Part shown: positions 22,079-32,950 of the stretch, piece by piece
Position numbering within the stretch: the first letter of the stretch is position 1
Layout of the letters: each line of letters begins with the position of its first letter
Assembly: GCA_963663405.2 (NCBI GenBank)
Contig: CAXXSM010000088.1
Coordinates: 1 to 64,000 of the forward strand
From: a bacterium
Lineage (GTDB): Bacteria; Hinthialibacterota; Hinthialibacteria; Hinthialibacterales; Hinthialibacteraceae
Direction: 5' to 3'
Length of the DNA stretch: 64,000 nt
Program-made: the position numbers and the translations under genes
Notes under the pieces: generated by a model
Database searches by the model: none
Seen by the model: the letters and a program-made list of their open reading frames with translations, nothing else
What the model was told of the DNA's origin: nothing

Positions 22079-23872
22079 ATGAATGATAACAAATCAAAAT
22101 CTTTTACATCTAAATCGAATATTATCACTCCTTTGATGATTACTCTTACCCTATGTGGTGTCTTTTGGGCGGGATTGTTCCCCATTCGAGGCAGCAACGA
22201 TCCTTGGTGGCATCTCAAAACGGGAAAGATTTTGTGGGAGTATTTCCAAACGCACGGCTTCACGTTCCCACCCTATGATGTGTTCACCTTTACAGGAGCG
22301 GAAACACCGTGGGTTAACCATGAATGGCTCGCGGATCTGATCTTCTATATGGCCTATATGGCAGGTGGATTTCAAGGGGCGATCGTTCTCAAATCGATTG
22401 TACTGACGCTTACGTTTGGATTATTGGCGGCGTACATTCACAGGCGTGGAGCGAGTTGGGAGATCGCATGTCTTGGTTCTCTGATCGCGTTGCTTGCGTC
22501 GCATCGTACGTTCTTTCTCCGGCCACCGGTTTTTACGTATCTTTTTATCGTAATTTTTTTTCACTTATTGGAAAGTTTTCAGACGGGCGGGCGGTACAAA
22601 CGCACGTTGTTGGCAGCTATCGCTGTGGAAATTCTCTGGATCAATTTGCATGGTGGCGCCATTATTGGTTTCATTTTGATATTCTTTTGGTGTTTGAGCG
22701 AATGGCTGCAATTTTCTGGCAGTTGGCTAAAGGGCGCTGACAGGACTTCTTCATTCAAGCGGGTCAAGCAAAGTTCATTCGCCTTTCTTGCTGTTACAAT
22801 CTCATCATTTATTAATCCATTCACTTATCATATCCATTTATTGCCCTATACAGTAATGAGTGATAAATGGCTGGTTAGCGTGATTGGGGAAATGCAGTCC
22901 CCTAACTTGAATATCCACCTTTTGACCAAATTAATAATAATAGGACTGGCTTTCCTGCCTATGCTGCGTATCTCCCGCATCCGCTTGACGGAAGGACTTA
23001 TCATAGTTTTTTTCTTGAGCCAGGCGTTGAGCCATGAACGCCACATTCCACTTTTTGCGATATCGGCTATCCCTTTAGTAATGCTCGCTTTTTCTGAATG
23101 GCGGAATGGATGGAAACTTGCTTGTGAGCAGACCAATACTCAGAATTCCTTTCAGAAAAAAGTGACTGCATGGACAACGGTTTGTCTTCGAGATCACATT
23201 GATGTGATACTGATTTTCTTAATCGCCGCATACATCTTCGGTGTGGGAATGGGAACTCCCGAAATATGGCGGAGAAATAGCCATGATTTCATCATATTCC
23301 TTAAGAAAGGCTATATTCCAGAAGCCTATCCAGAAAAAGCGGCGGACTTTATTTTGGACAACAACATCCAAGGACCGATGTTCAATCACGATAACTACGC
23401 CGGATACTTGATTTGGCGTTTTTCACCTGAGATTATGAAGGTCTTCACGGACAGCCGTTACGATCTTTGGGGCGGCCGATACGCCGAAGAGGAAATCGGC
23501 GCCTTTGGTGTACGGAAATATCCATTGCGATTCCGGGATGCGGATGGACAACCGCATGAAATTGATCCTTACCGTGTACAAAGCCGGGAACATCTCTTCT
23601 ATGAAGTAGGTGATATCGATCCGGAAATCAAGCGATGGTACGTAAGCGGGAAAGAATATTGGGAATACATACTAGATAAATATAAGGTCAATTTTATCAT
23701 TTGTGAGGATATCAGGGGGTTGCATTATTTGCTGGACGAGACCTTTCATGGCTGGTTTATGGTCTATAGTGATGGAGACTATGTTGTCCATCTACGTGAC
23801 GCGCCGCAGAATGCGGAACTTATCCGGAAATATGCCTTGAATCACAGAGAACATATTCCAGACAAGGAATAG
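22079..23872 (+). CDS. Polytopic membrane protein, possible GT-C-fold glycosyltransferase
   Basis: NDPWWHLKTG and WVNHEWL in the first loop, many TM helices, WINLHGG, FTDSRYDLW. Confidence 0.6.
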   Translation: MNDNKSKSFTSKSNIITPLMITLTLCGVFWAGLFPIRGSNDPWWHLKTGKILWEYFQTHGFTFPPYDVFTFTGAETPWVNHEWLADLIFYMAYMAGGFQGAIVLKSIVLTLTFGLLAAYIHRRGASWEIACLGSLIALLASHRTFFLRPPVFTYLFIVIFFHLLESFQTGGRYKRTLLAAIAVEILWINLHGGAIIGFILIFFWCLSEWLQFSGSWLKGADRTSSFKRVKQSSFAFLAVTISSFINPFTYHIHLLPYTVMSDKWLVSVIGEMQSPNLNIHLLTKLIIIGLAFLPMLRISRIRLTEGLIIVFFLSQALSHERHIPLFAISAIPLVMLAFSEWRNGWKLACEQTNTQNSFQKKVTAWTTVCLRDHIDVILIFLIAAYIFGVGMGTPEIWRRNSHDFIIFLKKGYIPEAYPEKAADFILDNNIQGPMFNHDNYAGYLIWRFSPEIMKVFTDSRYDLWGGRYAEEEIGAFGVRKYPLRFRDADGQPHEIDPYRVQSREHLFYEVGDIDPEIKRWYVSGKEYWEYILDKYKVNFIICEDIRGLHYLLDETFHGWFMVYSDGDYVVHLRDAPQNAELIRKYALNHREHIPDKE

Positions 23873-23877
23873 GTCTC

Positions 23878-24588
23878 TCAATCCCGCCGTTCGTACCAGA
23901 GACTCAAGCGGGACCGGTCGCGGAGCGTGCGGGAGGGAGAGAAGATCATCCGTGTGAGTAACAGCAGGATCTCTCCAAACGAGAATTGGTATAATTTCCG
24001 GGATGACGTATGCACAGACGATGACAAGATCTTCAACCGGCCGTATTGTTTCAATTTCGCGGCCAAACCGATTTCTTCCGTCGCATAGACCTCTTCATTG
24101 AATCCTCCCGCCTGTTGAAATGGCTCCCGTTTGGTAAAGAAAAATGAACCAGCGGGAAGCCGGAAAAGTTTTGTGAATCCATTCCATATATAAATAAAAG
24201 GGTGTGCCCACCAAGGCGCCGGATTAGAGAAATGAACAAACGCTCCACCCCCTACAAATCCATTCTCAAACGCCTGCGTCATATCCATTACAACGCGTGG
24301 ATTTATGATTGTATCCGCGTCAACGAAAAGAAGGCGTTCACTCTCAGCCGCCGCCGCTCCACGATTCCGGGTTGCGGCTATATTACGTTTGCCTGAGTGA
24401 ACGACTCGCGCGCCGAGAGAGCGCGCAATATCCGCTGTGTCATCGGTTGAATCGTCATCTACGACGATGATCTCATAGGGAGAAATTACAGCTTCACGCA
24501 TAGAGTGTTGGATGGATTCAAGGCAGGCGCGAATCTGTTTCGCTTCATTAAACGCGGGGATTATTATCGATAATTTCATTTCGTTCAC
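23878..24588 (-). CDS. GT2 glycosyltransferase
   Basis: SIIIPAFNE, VVDDDSTD, FVDAD motifs. Confidence 0.9.
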   Translation of the reverse strand: MNEMKLSIIIPAFNEAKQIRACLESIQHSMREAVISPYEIIVVDDDSTDDTADIARSLGARVVHSGKRNIAATRNRGAAAAESERLLFVDADTIINPRVVMDMTQAFENGFVGGGAFVHFSNPAPWWAHPFIYIWNGFTKLFRLPAGSFFFTKREPFQQAGGFNEEVYATEEIGLAAKLKQYGRLKILSSSVHTSSRKLYQFSFGEILLLLTRMIFSPSRTLRDRSRLSLWYERRD

Positions 24589-24811
24589 TTGTAATCAAAT
24601 AGGATGAATCCAGCGCCGACTCCTACTATCACTTCTTTTATTGTATGGTTTAAACGGATGGCGGCAAGAGAATGTATCATTACTCTCAATAATTGAATTT
24701 TATGCGAGTCATCACAAACGATTAGACGCGTTCAATTTTCGTTGAAATCTCCTAGCAATTTCTTTACAATGTATCTCTATCATTGGACGAAAACGCCGAG
24801 AGGAGTCAAAT

Positions 24812-25465
24812 ATGCAAGGTTCAATAAGGCAAAGAAATGCGTTCACACTGATCGAATTATTAATTGTTGTCGCGATTATCGGGATTCTGGCGGCGATCGC
24901 CGTTCCAAACTTTTTGAATGCGCAAGTTCGGGCGAAAGCCGCGCGTACATTTGCTGATATACGAATGCTCTTCGAACAAAATACGATCCGTAAACTTGAC
25001 TGTAACCATTGGATGACAGATGGGAATGACGCGGGTGTGGGCCCGGCGGAGGTTTGTTCACTGGAGCATTTGGGATCGTTTTGGGGAGTGACCTGTGAAG
25101 ACGCCGGAATGGATCCCTGTTATACAACCAACCATGATGGGCGAATCTATGCGCAGCTCACCACACCCGTAAATTATATCGGCGCGGTTCCTGTCGATCC
25201 ATTCGCCAACGGCCTGTTCTACGAATATGGAACCAGTCACTGCCCGAATACGGAACTGGGAGCGTATTGGGTCTTTATCGCCGCCGGACCGGATCACGAT
25301 CTGGACGACGTGCGCTGGTTGATCTCACAAGGCCATTCCACCGCCTACCAACCTTCAAATGGAACAACATCCAGTGGAGATATCTGGAAAGCGTATAAAC
25401 TAAAATCACAGACTGACCGTGATTTCGACGTCGCGTTCGGTCCCGAAGGGACATCATTTTTTTAG
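24812..25465 (+). CDS. Prepilin-type (GspG-like) protein, copy 2
   Basis: A|FTLIELLIVVAIIGILAAIAVPNFLNAQ; LTTPVNY..PVDPF; AGPD; SNGTTSSGDI. Confidence 0.88.
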   Translation: MQGSIRQRNAFTLIELLIVVAIIGILAAIAVPNFLNAQVRAKAARTFADIRMLFEQNTIRKLDCNHWMTDGNDAGVGPAEVCSLEHLGSFWGVTCEDAGMDPCYTTNHDGRIYAQLTTPVNYIGAVPVDPFANGLFYEYGTSHCPNTELGAYWVFIAAGPDHDLDDVRWLISQGHSTAYQPSNGTTSSGDIWKAYKLKSQTDRDFDVAFGPEGTSFF

Positions 25466-25592
25466 GGGATTAGGTTGAAGGCTGAAGACTGAAGGTTAAT
25501 TATACTGTTTTTAAAAGATATTCGGTTCATTCCAGAAAGTGCGTACGTTACTTAATAAAAACGATTCATATTTATAGAAAAAACAAGAGGGT

Positions 25593-25624
25593 GGCAAAGG
25601 CAAGGTTTTTCATCTGCCTTTGCC
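25593..25624. terminator. Stem-loop between convergent genes
   Basis: GGCAAAGGCA...TGCCTTTGCC 10-bp stem. Confidence 0.5.
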
Positions 25625-25638
25625 TTATTCTAAATCTG

Positions 25639-26802
25639 TTACGTCGTTGAGCCCAATTCTTCCCATGTGACGACTGTGGGTTCGAAGGATTTGGTTTTTC
25701 GCTTATACATGGCTTTTCGGCCCATGAGAGACATAAGCGTTGAGACGCGGCCGGTTTCCTGATCGCTGAGTGGTTTTTTATTGTTCCGGATCTGATCGAC
25801 GAAGGCGGCCAATTCTTCGTAGGTGCCGTGATCCCAATCGGGGCTTTCGGGGCCAAGGCGTTCCGGATCACCCATACCGGCGCGGGGGTATTTCATCGCT
25901 TGAGGCAAGTCAACGCCTCCCTTTTCCGTATAAACCCAGAGTTTTTCCCCACAGAACTGTTCGCAGCAATAGAATAAGTGCGTATAGGAAAATGTAACTC
26001 CACCGGGAAATTCAAACATTACGGCGGAGTGATCTTCTGAAAGATGTTCGATTTTCTGTTCATACGGTTCCGTGTGAGGAACGGTGATCGCTCCCATTGC
26101 GGCGCAACGGACAGGGGGCGTGTTATTCATAACCCAATTCATGACGTCCATGTGATGGCAGGCTTGTTCGGCCAATTCCCCTCCGGACATGTCCACATCT
26201 AAAACCCATCCACCAACGGACCAGGTCCATTGCCACTGGCCTTGGAGAAATGTGATTTTCCCCATTTCCCCATTGTGAATATGTTCGATGCTTTTCATAA
26301 ATCCAGGATTGTACCGGCGCTGGAATCCAACCTGATAGAATCCCTTGGCTTTGCGGGCGGCTTTAACGATGCGGTCAACTTTTTCAACGGTGCAGTCCAT
26401 CGGTTTTTCACTGAAACAGTTCAGACCGGTTTCAAGGACGGGAACGACGCAGTGGGCGTGATTGCCGACTTCGGTGGCTACGATGCAACCATCGAGTTTT
26501 TCTTTATCAAGCATATCACGGAACTCACTATATAACTTAGGCTTAGGGTTATAGTCTTCACAAATCACCGCAGCCTGTTCACGGCGATTTTCTCGCAGGT
26601 CACAAATGCAGGCGATCCGGACATTGGGAATATTGGTAATACGTTTCAACAGAGATTGACCACGTCCTCCTGTGCCAATAATACCCAAAACGACTTCATC
26701 ATTTGCGCCAAGAACATTTCGAGCCGATCCAGCGGCGATAACGGATGCGCCGATGGACGTAGTCTGTATAAAAGAACGCCGGTTAACATCTTTGTTAGTC
26801 AT
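25639..26802 (-). CDS. Tat-exported Gfo/Idh/MocA oxidoreductase
   Basis: NRRSFI twin-Arg motif, GIIGTGGRG, FSEKP, QACHHMD. Confidence 0.9.
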   Translation of the reverse strand: MTNKDVNRRSFIQTTSIGASVIAAGSARNVLGANDEVVLGIIGTGGRGQSLLKRITNIPNVRIACICDLRENRREQAAVICEDYNPKPKLYSEFRDMLDKEKLDGCIVATEVGNHAHCVVPVLETGLNCFSEKPMDCTVEKVDRIVKAARKAKGFYQVGFQRRYNPGFMKSIEHIHNGEMGKITFLQGQWQWTWSVGGWVLDVDMSGGELAEQACHHMDVMNWVMNNTPPVRCAAMGAITVPHTEPYEQKIEHLSEDHSAVMFEFPGGVTFSYTHLFYCCEQFCGEKLWVYTEKGGVDLPQAMKYPRAGMGDPERLGPESPDWDHGTYEELAAFVDQIRNNKKPLSDQETGRVSTLMSLMGRKAMYKRKTKSFEPTVVTWEELGSTT

Positions 26803-26819
26803 ATTTATCTCCTGTGGGA

Positions 26820-27959
26820 TCAAGTGGTTGAACCTAAATCGTCCCAGGTGACAATCGAGGGTTCAAATTGTTTTTTCTTCCAGTTGTACATGGCTTTTCC
26901 ACCCATGATTCCCGTGAGTGTGGCAAGCCGCCCAACCTCAACATTTGATAGTGGTTTTTCGTGGTTGCGGATATGCTTGGCGAAGGCTTCCAATTCCTGG
27001 TAGGTGCCCTCATCCCAATCGGGGCTTTCTTCACCCAAGCGTTCTGGCTCACCCATACCTGGACGTGGATAGCGCATCCCTTTAATCAAGTCGATGCCCG
27101 CTTTTTCCGCATACACCCAGAGTTTCTCGCCACAAAATTGATCGCAGCAGTTCATCAAGTGGGTATAGGAGAAGATAACGTTTCCAGGAAATTCGAACGC
27201 GATCGCGGAATGATCTTCGGCGCAGTATTCAGGGGGGTTTTCGTATTCTTCCATTCGGGATCCCATGGCGACACAACGAAGAGGATTTCCATTCATCACC
27301 CAGGTCATCACATCGGCGTGATGGCAAGCCTGAGCCAAGAACCAGCATCCGGAGATTTCCATATCCCGATAGCGTCCTCCGACACCGTAAGCCCACTGCC
27401 ACATGCCTTGCAGAAATGTGACTTTGCCGACTCCGCCATTGTGGATGTGTTTGATACTTTGTTGGAAGGAGGGCACGTAATGGCGTTGATAGCCGATCTG
27501 GTAGACGCCTTTGGCTTTCCGGGCGGCGCGGGTAATTTGATCGACCTTTTCGACAGTCGTGTCCATTGGTTTTTCGCTGAAACAATGGAGACCGGCTTCC
27601 AGAACGGGGATGACGCATTTTCCATGATTGGCTTCTTCCGTCGTTACAATCACAGCGTCGAGTTTTTCCCGGCGCAGCATCTGTCGGAAGTCGATATACG
27701 TTTTCACTTTCGGTTTATACTGCTCGCAGATTTGAGCGGCGGTATCAGCCCGGTCTTGGATCAAGTCACAAGCGGCGACGACACGATAGGCGGGGATATT
27801 CGTGATCGCCTTTAATAAACGCTGCCCCCGTCCACCACATCCGATGATACCAAGCGTAATGGAATCATTCGCGCCTAAAATCCGGCGGGGCGTTCCAACG
27901 GCGATCGCCGCCGCGCCGGTTCCGATGAACGACCTTCTTGAAATAGTGATTTTACCCAT
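26820..27959 (-). CDS. Tat-exported Gfo/Idh/MocA oxidoreductase (tandem paralog)
   Basis: SRRSFI, GIIGCGGRG, FSEKP, QACHHAD. Confidence 0.9.
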   Translation of the reverse strand: MGKITISRRSFIGTGAAAIAVGTPRRILGANDSITLGIIGCGGRGQRLLKAITNIPAYRVVAACDLIQDRADTAAQICEQYKPKVKTYIDFRQMLRREKLDAVIVTTEEANHGKCVIPVLEAGLHCFSEKPMDTTVEKVDQITRAARKAKGVYQIGYQRHYVPSFQQSIKHIHNGGVGKVTFLQGMWQWAYGVGGRYRDMEISGCWFLAQACHHADVMTWVMNGNPLRCVAMGSRMEEYENPPEYCAEDHSAIAFEFPGNVIFSYTHLMNCCDQFCGEKLWVYAEKAGIDLIKGMRYPRPGMGEPERLGEESPDWDEGTYQELEAFAKHIRNHEKPLSNVEVGRLATLTGIMGGKAMYNWKKKQFEPSIVTWDDLGSTT

Positions 27960-28186
27960 AATGATCTCCTACTCGTTATGCGGAATACGAACTATTATTT
28001 CTTACTATGTCTCTTCCGAATATACCTCGATCATTGAAGGTTTATTCTCGAAAGTCAAGTTGGACCGGAGAAGAACCGAATTGATTAAGGGATAAAATGC
28101 GGATTTTCTCATACTACATTCGATGTAATCTACCATGAAGAAAAGACGGGAACAAATTGGAAGTATCTTTTATTAAGAGGACAAAA

Positions 28187-29470
28187 ATGGATGAATCTTC
28201 CCTGCCCCACATTGACAACGTGGCTGGATATGTAAACGCCACCGCGCAAGAAGCCAAAAAGGCGTCCCGGAAAATCGCCACCGCCTCCACAGCCATTAAA
28301 AATCACGTTCTATTCAGCGCCGCGAAACGGATTCGGAAGCAGAAAGAGCTGATTCAGGAACAGAATCAACTCGATCTCAACGCTGGCAAAGAAAAAGGAT
28401 TGACGGAGGCTATGCTGGATCGTTTAGCTCTCACGGATACCCGGATTGAGGGAATCGCGAAGATGTTGGAAGAAGTCGCCACATTGCCGGATCCCGTCGG
28501 TGAGATCACGATTCTATTAACCCGCCCGAATGGGATGCAAGTGGGGCGGATGCGCGTCCCATTGGGTGTGATCGGCATGATCTACGAATCCAGACCGAAT
28601 GTGACCGCGGACGCGTCGGCGCTCTGTCTGAAATCCGGGAACGCGTGTCTTTTGCGCGGCGGATCGGAAGCGATTCATTCCAACCGGATTTTGTCCCGGA
28701 TCATCCAGGAATCACTAGAAGAAAGTGGACTGCCGAAGGCGGTGGCTTCCTTGATCGAAACCACAGACCGGGAGGCGGTGCGCCATATGTGCCGCCTGCG
28801 GGGACTAGTGGATGTGCTGATCCCCCGCGGGGGACGTTCATTGATCGAATCGGTTGTGGAATACGCGACTGTTCCCGTATTGAAGCATTATGATGGAAAC
28901 TGTCACGTTTACGTCGATGAATTCGCGAACGCGAAGATGGCGCATGAGATTTGCATGAACGCCAAAATCCAGCGCCCTGGTGTATGCAACGCAGCGGAAA
29001 CGTTTCTGATTCATGAAAAAATGACGGGCGCCTTCCTTAAGAATCTGTTGGATGATTTAGTAAAGAACGGAGTAGAAGTGCGCGGCTGTGAAGAGACCTT
29101 AAAACTTTACCCCCATGTCAAAGCGGCGGTGGAGAAAGATTGGTCCACTGAATATCTAGATTTAATCATCGCCATTAAGATTGTGAAATCATTCGATGAA
29201 GTTTTAGAACATCTTGATCACTATTCCTCGGGTCATACCGAGGCGATTGTAACGGATAGCCATCAAAACGCTCAGCGGTTTTTAAGAGAAGTGGATTCTT
29301 CGTCCGTCATGGTAAATGCGTCGACTCGTTTTTCGGATGGGGGCGAGTACGGCCTTGGCGCAGAAATGGGCATCTCAACGGATAAACTCCACGCCCGTGG
29401 ACCGATGGGTTTAAAAGAACTGACTTGCGAGAAATTCATAGTTTTAGGCAATGGGCACATCCGGGAATGA
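28187..29470 (+). CDS. proA: Gamma-glutamyl phosphate reductase
   Basis: VPLGVIGMIYESRPNVT, CNAAETFL, NASTRFSDGGEYGLGAEMGISTDKLHARGPMGL. Confidence 0.97.
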   Translation: MDESSLPHIDNVAGYVNATAQEAKKASRKIATASTAIKNHVLFSAAKRIRKQKELIQEQNQLDLNAGKEKGLTEAMLDRLALTDTRIEGIAKMLEEVATLPDPVGEITILLTRPNGMQVGRMRVPLGVIGMIYESRPNVTADASALCLKSGNACLLRGGSEAIHSNRILSRIIQESLEESGLPKAVASLIETTDREAVRHMCRLRGLVDVLIPRGGRSLIESVVEYATVPVLKHYDGNCHVYVDEFANAKMAHEICMNAKIQRPGVCNAAETFLIHEKMTGAFLKNLLDDLVKNGVEVRGCEETLKLYPHVKAAVEKDWSTEYLDLIIAIKIVKSFDEVLEHLDHYSSGHTEAIVTDSHQNAQRFLREVDSSSVMVNASTRFSDGGEYGLGAEMGISTDKLHARGPMGLKELTCEKFIVLGNGHIRE

Positions 29471-29744
29471 TTTTTTACAATTCTATTCTTATCAGTCTGA
29501 CATAACTCTTCATCAATCAGCGTATTCCTCTTTAAGACGTAGTAGTTCAACGGTTTCTATAAGAAAAACTGATTCCCCCCCTTTGATGAAAGCGTGTTCC
29601 GGGCCAAAGTATGAGGAAGCAGACGGCGAATTGTAAAAATGTTACTCTGGCCCAATAGAACGGGATATATTTACGTCTTTAAAATAGCGGACTTATAACG
29701 CAGAATGATGGATCGACAAATATAGAACCATTTGGAGGAACTGG

Positions 29745-30941
29745 ATGGATCGTACAAATCTCCCCAATGAGATCGTGGACCGGGGTAAAACGATAGCCCA
29801 ACAGCCAGAGGAAGGTTATCTGACTTTCCTTGTCTCTCTCTGTGTGGCGGCGCTATCGTTTATGATAATTCAGCAAGAATATATGAGTGGTTGGCTTCTT
29901 TATATCCTTCAAACCGTGATGCTGGTGGCCATCATTTGCTTGATCGGAGTGGGGGCGGATTGGCTTGTCACTTCAGCCTGCCGTATCGCCCGGTTTTTTG
30001 GTGTCTCCTACCTTGTCATTGGATTGACCGTAGTCGCGTTTGGCACGAGCGCGCCTGAGATGGCGGCTTCGTTAGTGGCGGGTTTTAAAGGAAACGTTCA
30101 TATCACGGTGGCCAATGTTGTGGGATCCAATATCTTCAATCAATGCTTCATTTTGGGTAGTGTAGTTTTGATTGTAAAAGGGATCAAAGTGGATCGTGAA
30201 TTATTCACACGTGACGGGCCCATTCTAATCGCTGGAACGATACTCTTATTTTTCTTTATTGGCTCGCTTTCAACCCAGGCGCCTGTGGAAACCTCTACAA
30301 ATTCATCTTTTCTTCAGCCACTGAATATGCGTTTGGAATGGGGAGAAGGACTGATCCTGGTTTCTCTTTTAATTGTATATCTATACGTGCTTTACCGCAC
30401 AGGGAAAAGTGAAAGTGAAGAGGATGAAAATTCGGAAAAACCCGCGCAGTGGTTTGACGCTGTATTCTTTCTCGCAGGGCTGGCGCTGGTTGTCGGCGGC
30501 TGTCATTTTCTTGTTGGAGACGCGAGTGAATCGAATGGGATTGTGAAGGGCTATGGCGCGCTCTGGTTTGCCCGTCTCTGGCAGATTCCGGATCATGTCA
30601 TTGGAGGAACGATCGTCGCGGCGGGCACGTCGGCGCCGGAATTTGTGATTTCACTGGTAGCGGCGCGTAAGGGGGCGGTCGGGCTCTCAGCCGGGAATCT
30701 TCTAGGCAGCGACATATTCAACCTCTTCGCAATTGTCGGCGTAGCCGGACTTGTACTGCAACCGCCTTTGGCCGGACCGGTTGAGATCTCGGCTCCTATG
30801 CTCCCGGGATTACTAGGTTTTACGCTCATTGTGACGATCACAACCTTTTTCATGTGGACGGGAAGTCGAATTTCACGAAAGGAAGGCGCGATTCTTCTTT
30901 CCATCGGTGTATTACGCTGGATTTTCGAATTTGTATCATGA
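29745..30941 (+). CDS. Calcium/sodium antiporter (CaCA, YrbG-like)
   Basis: Two alpha repeats: GTSAPE..NVVGSNIFN and GTSAPE..GNLLGSDIFN. Confidence 0.92.
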   Translation: MDRTNLPNEIVDRGKTIAQQPEEGYLTFLVSLCVAALSFMIIQQEYMSGWLLYILQTVMLVAIICLIGVGADWLVTSACRIARFFGVSYLVIGLTVVAFGTSAPEMAASLVAGFKGNVHITVANVVGSNIFNQCFILGSVVLIVKGIKVDRELFTRDGPILIAGTILLFFFIGSLSTQAPVETSTNSSFLQPLNMRLEWGEGLILVSLLIVYLYVLYRTGKSESEEDENSEKPAQWFDAVFFLAGLALVVGGCHFLVGDASESNGIVKGYGALWFARLWQIPDHVIGGTIVAAGTSAPEFVISLVAARKGAVGLSAGNLLGSDIFNLFAIVGVAGLVLQPPLAGPVEISAPMLPGLLGFTLIVTITTFFMWTGSRISRKEGAILLSIGVLRWIFEFVS

Positions 30942-31258
30942 AGAGAGAATGATCCACAGGTTTTTCTGCCAGGAGTTCCAATAGCGAATCTAAGAAATTC
31001 AATTTATCTTCCACTTCATGAATCCATAAGGCTATGGAATATCTTCCACAATCATTATATTTAGATTAAATTATACACTGTTTCTTTTCGCGTGAGATTT
31101 CCCTCGGTGATTCGAACAGGAACCATCATGATTGAGATTATAACATCTAAATGAATATGAATCGCGGCCGGAATTACGAATGAGTCAGTTTTTGAAACTC
31201 ATTTTCACATGAAGAGACATATGTATTTTGCGTGTAGAGATGAAAGGAAGATTCGAGA

Positions 31259-32746
31259 TTGTATAATTCACCATCCTCCAAAAAACCGGGTAAACCCCAA
31301 TCCTATAGAAATTCCATTCGCGCAGGTGATTTTTTTATTGAGTATGAATTACAGCCCTTAGCGACGGAATGGTCAGTTCCCAATCTGATGCAACATGGAT
31401 TCCGCGTGCTTGCCGAAGTGACGGAATATGACGATGTCGAATTGAATCTATCGATTCCGAAACGGATCCCCTCTGTTAACATCGTTTCGGCGCATTTTGA
31501 AAATGATCTACAGACGTTTACGTTTTCAGTCTATCGAGGGGATGATAAGCTGAAGAGCGAAGAAACGATTCTGCTGACCGAAGAAGAGCCGGAGGTGAAT
31601 GGCTCCGTGTATGTGGAAGCGGTTGTGTTAAAAAATTCTTATATGTATAAATACAAATTTCACGCCGCATTAAAACGGAAGGCGAAAACACGTCCCCAAA
31701 ATAGACCGGCGCCCCAACAGCATAAACCATCGTATACCGAAACCAATCGAGGCGCCGAATCGAAATCGTTCCAATCCTTTGATGAACTCAAAGCCGCAAT
31801 GGAACAAGCTAAGAAATTGGAAGGCTCATCGGATAAAATCATGGCGGCGATTGAACAATTGAATGAACGAATGGATCAGCTTGTCCAACGGCTTGATTCT
31901 TTTGAGCGCCCACAAACCGAAGAACAAGAGAACTCGTCTCCTTTTGCTTTTGAATACGGTGAATACACACAGATTCTGCGCCGCCGGTTTTCAGAACAAG
32001 CGGATCACATCATCGAACAAGCGAAAGAAACCATTCCACCGGAATTGACGAACGATCCAATTTATAACACGCTGCAGAAGCTGCTGGGGGCTCTCTCCTC
32101 CAGTTGTAAAACTGTGCAAGAGATCAAACAGGCCGGTCCCAATTTCCGTTTTCCGATTCTTCAATTCAGCGCCTTGGTGAATGAGAAACTGAAAAACATG
32201 ATCGTACCCGGTCAAGCGCCTGATTTTCACAGCGTATCGGTTCTACCGTACCAAGAATTTCTCCGCTCGGAATACATGGATGGTTTGTGTCAAAATTTAA
32301 GCGCCGTGTTGGAACCGCCAGTGGAGGTGTTTGATCCGGAAATCGCATATAGGCGTTATATCTTTCGGACGTTCCAGAATCATCTCTTGGAGACGGAGAC
32401 GGAAGGGATTGTGAAAGTTCTGCCCGAAGTAGAGCGTCAGGAGATCCTCCAGCAAATCTCTCGACGGGATGTTCCGCAGCATATTGATGAAATTGAAAAA
32501 CTGGAGAAATCCGATTCTTCTGGGCGGTCTGATTTTTCCGCTGTCATTGACCGCTACATAACGGGTATCCTGCAACCATTGGGGATGCAATTAATGGCGG
32601 TGAAGCCAGGGGATCTATTCGATCCAAAACGGCATGAAAATCAAAACACTACCGGTCAGACTGGATCCTCGATTCAACAAGTGATTCAACGTGGTATGCA
32701 AACGGCGGATGGGCAGCTTGTTAGAGCGGCGAAAGTAATCGCCTAA
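31259..32746 (+). CDS. Hypothetical protein with coiled coil and C-terminal GrpE-like beta domain
   Basis: C-terminus GDLFDPKRHE..IQQVIQRG..LVRAAKV; start codon uncertain. Confidence 0.6.
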   Translation: MYNSPSSKKPGKPQSYRNSIRAGDFFIEYELQPLATEWSVPNLMQHGFRVLAEVTEYDDVELNLSIPKRIPSVNIVSAHFENDLQTFTFSVYRGDDKLKSEETILLTEEEPEVNGSVYVEAVVLKNSYMYKYKFHAALKRKAKTRPQNRPAPQQHKPSYTETNRGAESKSFQSFDELKAAMEQAKKLEGSSDKIMAAIEQLNERMDQLVQRLDSFERPQTEEQENSSPFAFEYGEYTQILRRRFSEQADHIIEQAKETIPPELTNDPIYNTLQKLLGALSSSCKTVQEIKQAGPNFRFPILQFSALVNEKLKNMIVPGQAPDFHSVSVLPYQEFLRSEYMDGLCQNLSAVLEPPVEVFDPEIAYRRYIFRTFQNHLLETETEGIVKVLPEVERQEILQQISRRDVPQHIDEIEKLEKSDSSGRSDFSAVIDRYITGILQPLGMQLMAVKPGDLFDPKRHENQNTTGQTGSSIQQVIQRGMQTADGQLVRAAKVIA

Positions 32747-32950
32747 ATGGCCATTGTTCCGGCGCCGAACAGGAAAATATGAAAACATTGATAAGATAAA
32801 GTTCGTCTTCCCTCCCCTTTTAATATAGAAAATTCCAAACAAGCGCTACACTATACCAAATCGTCTATAGTTTCATCGTTCCATCTGGAATAGACGCTTA
32901 CGATAATGCGATCGATGTCAAGGCGATAAATCTTGATAGGAAGGTATTCA

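Noticed and set aside
26961-27815. 284-aa + strand ORF
   Set aside because: It is fully antisense to a clear Gfo/Idh/MocA gene and has no recognisable motifs, so it is a shadow ORF.
31178-31210. AATGAGT...ACTCATTTTCA resembling the 88-bp leader element
   Set aside because: Only one short arm matches and the TTGTGATCTCA tail is missing.
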